Origin: Zygophlyctis sp. KS116
Taxonomy: Eukaryota; Fungi; Chytridiomycota
Assembly (NCBI GenBank): GCA_054661495.1
Contig: BAAFSQ010000180.1
Location: forward strand, 1 to 20,354
Length of the DNA: 20,354 bases
Direction: 5' to 3'
Both the position numbers and the translations under genes were made by a program. The notes under the pieces are model-generated. The model was not told where the DNA came from and searched no databases. It worked only from the letters and a program-made list of their open reading frames with translations. Within the stretch, counting starts at the first letter, position 1. Every line of letters begins with the position of its first letter. Below, piece by piece: positions 9,582 to 18,710 of this stretch.

Positions 9582-12033
9582 ATGGCCAATTTATCTAGAA
9601 ATATATGGAAATGGCTTCAGTACATGTATCTATCTATTCCAGTCAAGAATTTGAAACGGTATTGCTTATTTAATAATACAAAGTGATTTTTCAAATGGAT
9701 ACTTGATTGCCGAGGTAATGTCCAAATATCATCCAGCGTATATTCAGATGCATTCCTTTGATAACGGATCCAGTAAGGCCGTAAGGAATAATAATTGGCA
9801 GCTGCTTGAAAGGGCATTTAAAGTAAGATTGGTTTAATAATGATAGAAATTGAAAATCCCAATAACTTCAGATACGATCAACAAAGTGGAACAAAATAAT
9901 GTTGATGCGGTTCAAGTTTTGTTATCAGTTTTATATCATTTTCATCTTAATTACAAAGTTAAAAATATTCCAAAAGAAGAATCGCTGATCGCCAAAGAAT
10001 GCGAACTTGGACTATTTAGATCTAAAACTCCACAAGATAGCCATATATTCACAATGAATCCAAAGGCCATAAGTTTATTATGTGAAAATGAAGATGATGT
10101 TTACTCTGGGAAAATTCCAAGTTTGAAATTATTTTGTTCGATCTTGGGCGCCGAAGAGGTTGGTCAGGGAGTCCGATATGTTGCTTTTCCAAATGCCGCT
10201 CGAACACTCATATCTGCTGCTGTTAAAACTATGGACTTTGATCAAATTGACAATATCGCAAGTAAATTAGCGCAAAAGGTAAGTGGGCAAATCGGGTTCT
10301 CATTAGTAGAAACCAGAGTTTATCAACCGATTTGAATCCAGCCCTCCGTACGATCAACAGATTATATTAGACATTTTTATTTTCTATATTCTAAATCACT
10401 CTATCGATTCTAAGACATTTATTGGTAATTTTTCAGATGAGTAATATTTAGTGGCAACCACCATCTTATCATTTTTGGGATCAGTTTACAGGAGTCTTAA
10501 AGCGTTTGAAGGTGATGCTTTTGGGATATTGATTGCTTCAAAGGATTTTCCTAATTTAATGCAGGAGATTAATACAGGGAAATTAGATAAAATTCCATAC
10601 ATTACCCAGATAATTTCTTCATTCATGAAAATGGATAGTCAGGATCAAGACCGAGTTTCTTCTCTGCTATATCTCAAGGTATTTACAGTTTTTTAAAATA
10701 AGGATTATCTCATAAAATTTTCTGGGAGTGTTGCAAGTCAATCATATTTTTCAAAGAGTGCAACAGGTGGTTCATTCATATACTTTTTAAGCTCACTTAG
10801 CTTTTTAAAGTTTAGAATGTACCATCATGCAGAATCGCAATATACTACTTTGCATCTAAGTGAATGTATGACTGTTATAAATTCATATCGTAATCAACCA
10901 AAAGTAAAAATGAATTACATGTTTGGATCATCAGACTCCAAGGCATACCAAGTCGATCCTATTTTACCGCTACTGAATCTTGAAGGTATTTAATTCGAGT
11001 TACTAAATGAAAAGTATGCGCATCTTTGCATATAATGTCATCCTTAGTTCATTCAGGAATACTATTCAACAGTCCTATTCTGGTCGAGCTTTCTCTAAAT
11101 ACTATGGAAATATTTAAATCAGTTGTTTTACAAGCTCATTGTCCACTACCTTTAAAAAAAGCATTTTGTTTTCTCGTATGCTCTCTCGTTCTAAGGCAAT
11201 CAGATAATGAAGCCATCGAGAATTCTGAAATACTTCAAATAGCATCCGAATTACTTAAAAATCTTTCAGGAGAATCACTTGCCACAGGTACATTATGAAT
11301 TATTAATTATTGCAGCATTGAAATTATTTGCTCCTCTTATTCCTATCCACAAGGAATTATCCACATCATTCTTACAAGGAATGCTTGCTTTGGACGAATC
11401 ATTGCTCCTTCCTTTATTAGGTTATATGGATTCTCTAAATGAAAATGATTCAGGACTTATTTTTTGGGATCTTCCCTTCATTCTAAAAGCCTTACCTGTT
11501 GAAAAAACAATAATTCCATTTTTAACAATCGGGATAATGGTTGCATTAAGCCATTCAATCGTAACTTTTACAATCCAATAATATTAGAACCTTTATGCAC
11601 CTCTGAATGATTTACAGCTTGGTATCATTAACAGAACCCTAGAATCTACTCTAAACTATAGAAAAGATACCGATAATCAACTATGGAGAGATCTTTTTGA
11701 ATCACTTTATCCTAATTTATTTTTATCACTCTCTTCAACATCTACAAGCTCTAAATCTTGGAAAGCACTAAATCTTTGGATTGATTTATCCGGACCAAAT
11801 ATTATGAAAGATGTAATCCAATTTTAAAAGAATTAATCAATTAGAAATCTCCCGTTTTTATTACTGCATGTATTAAATGTTTTCTAGTTCGATCAACTGC
11901 ATCTAAAAGATTTGTTAAATCATTAAAGAAATGGAGAGATGGATCTAATGTATCAAAAGCAATGATTGCAAAAGAACAGATAAGTCAAATAGGGGAGATG
12001 TTGCCGAATATCGCAGCGGGACTTGCATTATAA
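9582..12033 (+). CDS. SPATA4/SPEF1-type calponin-homology (CH_2) domain protein with long helical C-terminus, 734 aa, 10 exons
   Basis: Spliced N-terminus MANLSRNIWKWLQYMYLSIPVKNLKRDFSNGYLIAEVMSKYHPAYIQMHSFDNGSSKAVRNNNWQLL has the RDFSNG..AE..MHSF.NG....NW signature. Introns 9659-9683, 9823-9846, 10279-10309, 10425-10451, 10679-10702, 10986-11014, 11288-11315, 11561-11587 and 11813-11844 give a stop-free 2205-nt CDS. Confidence 0.85.
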
Positions 12034-12101
12034 GATACGTCATCGAACAATAGATGGTCGGTGGGTAAGGAGTTTGTAAATTTAAACAAAATAAGATTTA
12101 A

Positions 12102-13432
12102 ATGTCTCTTACATCGCAAGCCGCTGACTCCAATGCCATACCATGGCTGTATCCTGTAAGCAAAATGATCTAATTCCAGGGCGGAAATCGACGATCCTTG
12201 AGCCAAGTTGACGCATTCATGATTTCAGCATTGGCTCCAGCCTTTGCTGTTATCTTTACAAACCCATTTGGTAATCTTTATTACTCATTCAGTTGTAGAT
12301 ACCATAAAGGTCCGACAGCAATTACAAACGGAAGGTTCTAAAAGTGGCAAAATCTATAAAAACTCTTATGATGCATTTACTAAAATCTACACTTCTGAAG
12401 GAATTAAAGGTCTTCAGAAAGGTCTTTTACCTGCAATCTTGAGGGAAGGATCAAAAAATCTCTTTAGAATTGGCATGTATGATCCAATAATGACTCTAAT
12501 ACATGATCCGGCTAAAGGTTCTGCTCCTGGTTGGAAAAGAATTTTGGCAGGATCAATGTGTGGGGCGATGGGAGCTTTCAGTTGTAATCCGTTTGAGTTG
12601 GTCAAAACTAGGCTTCAAGCAGCTTCTACAAAAGTGATTGTGGGGAAACATCAATTTGAGTATTTTTTTCAAACTAAAATATAGGTATACAGGTGTATGT
12701 AATGCTCTAAAGACAATTGTAAAAGATGATGGATTTATGGGACTTTATAGAGGTTCAACTCTAAGTATATTTAGATCCATATTGGGATCTGGAGCAAATT
12801 TGGCGACATATTCTCTCTTAAAAGAACATTTGATTCTTTCCAGAGGTTGGTCAGATGCTATTTATTTAGATGTAATATGTGGATTGTCTTCAGGAGTTGT
12901 TTCATGCATATTTATGAACCCAGTAGATGTTGTTAGGACAAGATATTATAATCAAAAGTATGTTGATGGGAAGGGAGTTACATATTCTTCAGGTTTACAT
13001 GCTGCAAAAGCAATTTTGAAAAAAGAAGGTGCATTGGCATTCTATACTGGATTTACAAGTCACTTTTTACGGATTGGTCCTCACTTTATTTTAACTTTTC
13101 TTTTTTTGGGAGTTTTACGAAGAAATTTGGCAGATCTTTACTCTAAATTAGACTTAAAGGAATCTTTTCATTATTTTGACAAGGATTCTGATGGAGTGAT
13201 AGACGATGATGAGCTTTCAGGTCTTATAAAGTTAATACTGTCAAAATCAACGGAAGAATTTGGTAATAATCTTCAGGAACACGAAAAAATACTAAGCATT
13301 TATAAATCACGAATCATGTCAAAGGCAGATGTAAATCAAGATGGAGTAATCGATATTGATGAATATGCACTAGTAGAATCTGAACTTAAATCTATATACA
13401 AGGAAAGGAAAACAGCAAGCCGTAATTTATAA
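12102..13432 (+). CDS. Mitochondrial carrier of the OAC1/SLC25A34-35/UCP-like group with two C-terminal EF-hands, 417 aa
   Basis: Signatures NPFDTIKVRQQ, NPFELVKTRLQ and NPVDVVRTRYY; helix 6 FLRIGPHFILTF. Tail loops DKDSDGVIDDDE and DVNQDGVIDIDE. Introns 12156-12179, 12271-12298 and 12660-12684. Confidence 0.9.
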
Positions 13433-13474
13433 CAAATCTTTTAATCAAAAAATGCAATGCAAAATCTTTTTTAA

Positions 13475-14492
13475 TCAATTCCAAGGCACCGTATTCTCCA
13501 TAAGCAAGAATTCTTCAAAGTTAAGCTCACCAATAGACAATGAAGGCATTTTTGCATCATCGATCTCATCATCACCAAAAAGTTCTTTTGTTATCTCTTC
13601 GATATCCAGATAATCGCTACATGGGATTTCAGGCTGTTGAGTTAATTTCTCTACAGATATTTCTGATTTCATCATTTCGAGATCATTCGTGATTGTAGAC
13701 TCAAAATCCAAAATTCCATTTACAATATCTTCATTTTGAGTCCAAACCGAATCAAATACAGAATGTAGTTCAATTGACGATTCAGAGCTAAATGTCCGAT
13801 CTCTAGATTCATCCTCTTCCTCTGAATTAAACTCATCTCCATTTTGATCTACAGCTCTTCTAAATCCTTGCCCGTACAATAGATCATTCCCAATTTGAAG
13901 ATCTTGAAGTGATGGAGTATCACGAGGAGTCGAAAGCTTGTCCAGATAAGGATCTTGATAGCTCACTAGATGCTGAGTCGCCCTATCCAATTAGTATATT
14001 CATGTACCCTTTGATTTGGACTGAAAGAGTCCGCTTAATCAATCCTCGCGGCTTGATCGCATAGGTCCCCTTTGATCCTGTAATCTCTTTTCTTCCTTGT
14101 CGAAATATAACTCTGCGATCACTCTTCTTATATGATTTAGCCTTTGGTAATTTATCTTCAGCTTCCCGATAGATGAGGAAATTCCCATTAATCTAGTCTT
14201 AGTCCCAAGATCTTACTCTGCTGGGAGTCCAGAGGCGTGTATCAGTCCTAGAGTAAGTAAATAAAGAAATACCATCTTTTCATTTTAGATTCTCTTTCAT
14301 CAAACACAAATACCGATCCATGCCTTATCATCTAAATCATTTTAAGTAAGTCCGAGATCTTACATTTTTCTGCTCATGCGAGATCCTTCTATTGACTCTA
14401 TTCAAGATCCCTTGCCTAGCAGCTTCTAGGATAAGTAATGCATCTCTTGTAGTCTCAATGCTCCCGAAAAAAGTCTCAGCTCCAATGATCAT
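13475..14492 (-). CDS. Gti1/Pac2 (WOPR-domain) transcription factor, 303 aa, 5 exons
   Basis: Spliced product ETFFGSIETTRDALLILEAARQGILNRVNRRI..IRHGSVFVFDERESKMKRWTDTRLWTPSRINGNFLIYRE..GLIKRTLSV..QHLVSY carries both WOPR boxes, followed by an acidic tail. Introns 14332-14363, 14248-14272, 14193-14216 and 13983-14007. Confidence 0.93.
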
Positions 14493-14547
14493 TTTAAACG
14501 TGATAATCGTGTGAAAGGCTTTTCAATTGGCCCAAAAGTTTATTCAT

Positions 14548-17347
14548 CTATTTCTTCTTTTTATTCTTTGCAAGGAAATGTCTTCCTGTTTTCTGTCTAC
14601 GCTTTTCTTTTTCATTTCTTTGCTTTTGAATTTGATGTCCACTCTTGAGTTCAGATCTAACTCCTCTCTTGTTTTTCGTAGGATAGTCTGGCAAAGATTC
14701 ACCTTGACTCTTCTTATATTGTCGCTTCTTCTCCTTTCTATCAAAATGTTTGGAGTTTGGATCAGGTGCAGTAATCTTTGTATGACGGTATCTTCGCGAT
14801 CCAAAAGGAACTCCTCCAGTCTTTGAGAATTGTTTGGCATCGGCCAATTCACTCTCTCCAGTGCGTGGTAATTTTACTTTTCTCTTGCTCTGCCATTCTT
14901 TGAACCTAAAATATTAGAAAATAAAAAAACTGTTGAAACGATCCAATATAAGTTGGATCTTTTCATCGCTATTCCGCAACTTAGTAACCTCAGATTCTAT
15001 ACAAAAAGAATTGAGGGTAATTGATTACGGTAAAAATGTAAAGAGTAATAAACATACCTTGTGCTCTTGAAACTTGCTGGGATTAAAGCACCAGATTCTG
15101 TTCTAATAAGTTTTTTGTTATCACTTCCTACTGTAGGTCTGACAAAATTATGCTTTTTAGAGTCCCAAGTAAGTGCTGATTTACGGCGTTTTAGTCCATT
15201 TTCGTCATCTCCTATTAAATCAAAGGCGACAGAGTCGGCTCTATCCAAAAATGAGGTCCTAGGGTCAGAAGATTGCATTGTATATCCCTTTTCAATATCT
15301 GCATCTGATGGTTTATAAGACATATAGAATTCCTTATCTCTATAATCACTTTTATCATCTAAGGTAAAATTAGTTTGGTTTACCTAAATCTCTTGACTTT
15401 CTTTTTTTAGAATTAATTTGTTGAAATTCCAATAAGCCTTCTTCATCATTGATATCATTCTTGCTATTTTCTATCAAATTCTCCTGATCATAATGACTTT
15501 TTGACTGCAACTCTATTCTTTGCTCTTTCACAATTTCTATGAGATTATTTAACTGCGATCTTCTCTTATGCATCACTGTAGCTTCTGAAGATTTTGTACC
15601 ACGCTTTCCAACTTCGAAAACAGTTTCAGTAGGTCTAAACTTTGACAAAGACTCAATAAATTCATTTCGTCTTTTATCAGAATCATCAATACGATTCACT
15701 AATATAAATTCAAAAAAATTACATAATATAGGAAATATTCCCAAAGACTTTAATGGAATTTCTTTAGCTCTTTTGTATGATTCATTAGATGCCATTGGAC
15801 GGGAACGGTAATACATTTTGCATGAATTGGCCATTGTAGTAGCCAATGATTCCTTTAAAATAAATAAAATTAGAAATCATACCAAGGTTGCATTTTCCTT
15901 ATTTCTTCTCAATACGTCTTCCAATTCTAACCCAATCATTGAATCGGGTACTATGCCAAATATTATATCCTTTGTATAATCAGGTTCAGCATTTTTTTCA
16001 GAAACTGTAGCGGCATATACCAATGGCCGTGCAGAAAATAGTTGGAAATCAAGCATAAAAGGAATCTGGAGATAAGTTTTAAACAAATACCTCGTCTGTA
16101 GCTACTAACGACCATGCCTTTCCACTTCTTCCAGCTCTAGCAACTCGACCAACTCTGTGTACAAAAGTCTTACAAGTTGCAGGAAAATCATAATTTATCA
16201 CATGATCCAATAATGGAATATCTAAACCTCTAGCAGCAACATCTGTGACAATCAAAACCTTTTCTTTTTCCGATCTAAATCTAGCTAAATGAATCCTTCT
16301 AGCTTGCTGATCTAGAGCTCCATAAATATATGTATTTTGTATTCCGACACACTGTAGCAACTCATGAAGGTATTCAACATGATGCTTGGTAGCAGTGAAA
16401 ATAATTGTTTGTTCGTCATTTACAATTAAATTCTTGAGTAAATATATGAGCATTGCATCCTTTTGCTCCTTTTTAAGTGAAAAGAAATACATTTGCAAGT
16501 CTTTACTAATTTTTGTATCGACATCCAATCTAATCAATGCAGGATCACTTAAATCTGCTCTAGCAAAATCAACCAAAGTTTTAGGCATAGTTGCAGAAAA
16601 TAAAAGCGTTTGTCGGGATTCTGGCAATTTGAACAAAATTTCATGCAACTGTTCAGCAAATCCCATTTCAAAAAGACGATCTGCCTCATCAAATACTACA
16701 TATTCAATTGTTTTCAAGTCTAAAGACATTTCAATCATCAAATGCATCAATCTTCCCGGAGTAGCGATTATAATATCTGGATTGCTAGCAATAGCAGAGA
16801 ATTGATCATCAATATGCTCTCCACCCACTAATACACAGTATCTCAAGTCTGTATGTTTCCCCAAATCCTTGCAAAATTTAAGCGTTTGCACTGCCAATTC
16901 TCTACTTGGGGAAAGAATCAGTCCTCTTGCACCAACTTTTCCGGAATGTGTTTTAAGTCTCTCCAATAAGGGAATCAAGAAAGCAGCTGTTTTACCTGAT
17001 CCAGTTCTTGCCATTGCTACAACATCTCTTCCATCTAAAACCACTGGAATTGCCTTTCGTTGAATTGGGGTCGGCACTTTGTAACCCATGTGTCCGATCG
17101 CCTTGTAAACAGGAAGACAGAGACCCATTGATTGAAATCCTCCTGATTTCTTTCCTTTTCTATTAGCAGCTATTTGTGACTGTTGAATGATATCTTCTTC
17201 TTGATCATAATCAGTATCAGACGCTGATATTTCCAATAAATCATTTTGATCAGAGATGGGCGCAACTTCAAAATCCGATCCATCTTGATCTGATGCTAAT
17301 GCATCATCTTTTGTCGGTTTCTTAAATCTTTTCAAATTCTTTGGCAT
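14548..17347 (-). CDS. DBP10: DEAD-box RNA helicase Dbp10/DDX54 (60S biogenesis), about 847 aa
   Basis: [52 protein letters not shown], and the DBP10 C-terminal [27 protein letters not shown]. Introns 16066-16090, 15853-15882, 15699-15722, 15359-15383 and 14906-15057. The start is either 17347 (MPKNLKR) or the in-frame ATG at 17434. Confidence 0.95.
14928..15032 (-). ncRNA. Candidate intronic H/ACA-type snoRNA in the last DBP10 intron
   Basis: Sense-strand hairpin 1 (15030-14974): lower stem CCGUAA/UUGCGG, 8x8-nt internal loop, upper stems CCUCA/UGAGG and AUUCU/AGAAU. Hinge AAUAGCGA (imperfect H box). Hairpin 2 (14965-14934): UGAAA-GAUCCAA/UUGGAUC-UUUCA, followed immediately by ACA (14933-14931). 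The host intron is 152 nt versus 20-32 nt for all others. Confidence 0.72.
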
Positions 17348-17610
17348 TGGTAGAGAAGAATAGTTTTTCTTTTCGCAGGTTTGGGAATGAAAATTCTCTG
17401 TTCGGACTTGAGGTGAACGATTTTTGTTTGTCATGTGCTAGGTTGACTATAAAGTATTATGAAGCAGAATAAGAGTATGGCATCAAGAATACTAGTTTGC
17501 CTGAGAAAACTTGCAATCAAGAATTTGGTTTTTAAATTTTATCAGACAGATTGCTCAATGATTTATCAAGTGAACATGTAGGAATTAAGTAAGTTTGAAA
17601 CATCCTTAAA

Positions 17611-18170
17611 TCATAAACCATTTTATTTTTAGTTTTTCATGAGATATCAGTTCTAAGATAGATAAGAGATCGCACGTTTTTTTGTTGTTTTCTTGGAGTT
17701 TTATAGTTTTTTTGATGTTTTCTTGGAGTTTTATAGTTTTTTTGTTGTTTTTTAGAGTTTTATAGTTTTTTTGTTGTTTTTTAGAGTTTTATAGTTTTTT
17801 TAAAGTTTTTTGTAATGGTTCATGATGAAATGATTCGAATTTACGCTATCAAAACTGTATTTCCCCAAAGACCTCTGTTCACAGAGTCAATAAATGGAGC
17901 ATCGACATATTGCTTACTGTTATCTGGTAGAATATAGTAGGCAGACTTTAACGCATCGTTTGCATTGATGCATTCTGTAGAACTCACAAAGCCAATACGA
18001 CCATTAAAAGACCATTGGCCACAGTTTTTGCGAACATTCTTCCAAAGTGATGATAAACCTCTAGTCATGGTGTCAACAGCATTCTTGCAGGCATTTATAC
18101 GAGTTGAATTTCCTAAAATGTATGTTGGGTCACAAAATGCACGTTGAGCATTCAAACAATCCTGGTATGG
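17611..18170. repeat. Duplicated segment, copy A (direct repeat of 19717-20242)
   Basis: The first 62 nt are identical between copies, followed by a shared minisatellite and a paralogous coding exon. Confidence 0.95.
17677..17811. repeat. T-rich minisatellite, about 30-bp unit x4, downstream of the LRR-gene stop codon
   Basis: Units resemble TTTTTTTG(T/A)TGTTTT(CTTG/TTA)GAGTTTTATAG. About 3 units occur in copy B (19796-19883). Confidence 0.9.
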
Positions 18171-18710
18171 ATTGCCTAATGCATTATTGTTTGAATCAGT
18201 ATTGCAAGTGAATTTCCAATCTCCAATGTTTTGAGAGAATACTTGAGCTCTTTTAGTAAATGGTGTAGCAGATCCAGTAGAAAGACAAGCAAGGGGAATT
18301 CCTGCAGGAGGGAAAAGAACAGCAGGAGTTACAGTGGATACACAACCACAAATAGTAATGCTAGTATCGCTAGCAGCTCTTATTATTATAAATAAAAATT
18401 ATTACACTTGCAGTCCACATTTTGCAGTAAAAGCAGCACTTAAGGATGGATTGTTGTAAAGCCACCTGTTATTTTAAAATTTAGAAAATAGTTACAGATA
18501 AGTCAATTTTATCAAATTTCCAATCGAAGCAGGAATCGAACCTGAGAGCTGGTTGTTGTAAAGACGACTTTTATTCAAAATAATTACAGAAGTTGCAAAT
18601 TTATCCAATTTCCAATCGCAGCAGGAATTGAACCTGAGAGTTGATTGCTAAAAAGACGACTTCATTTTAATTTAGAAAATATTTACAGCCAAGTCAAACT
18701 TGTTAGTTTT
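17841..18710 (-). pseudogene. 3' part of a gene with 24-aa plant-type LRRs followed by a Cys-rich domain; 5'-truncated at the hAT remnant
   Basis: 72-nt exons 18588-18659 (RLFSNQLSGSIPAAIGNWINLQLL) and 18496-18567 (RLYNNQLSGSIPASIGNLIKLTYL), a 60-nt exon 18406-18465, and last exon 17841-18378. Phase-2 introns 18660-18686, 18568-18587, 18466-18495 and 18379-18405. A partial repeat (KLTSLTWL) stops at about 18710. Confidence 0.88.

Noticed and set aside
1572-12605. Small ORFs 1572-1790, 1881-2168, 5540-5794, 9617-9817, 11985-12206 and 12414-12605
   Set aside because: Each overlaps a well-supported gene in another frame or strand.
4040-13432. Metabolic gene cluster (two mitochondrial carriers plus a sulfur amino-acid enzyme)
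   Set aside because: The carriers belong to different subfamilies and are separated by unrelated genes; no shared pathway can be supported without synteny data.
14527-17063. Plus-strand ORFs 14527, 15061, 15539, 16386, 16869 and alternate-frame ORF 14544-14852
   Set aside because: Antisense or off-frame shadows of DBP10 with no recognisable motifs.
17677-17811. CRISPR-like array
   Set aside because: Contiguous low-complexity units with no unique spacers, eukaryotic context and no cas genes.
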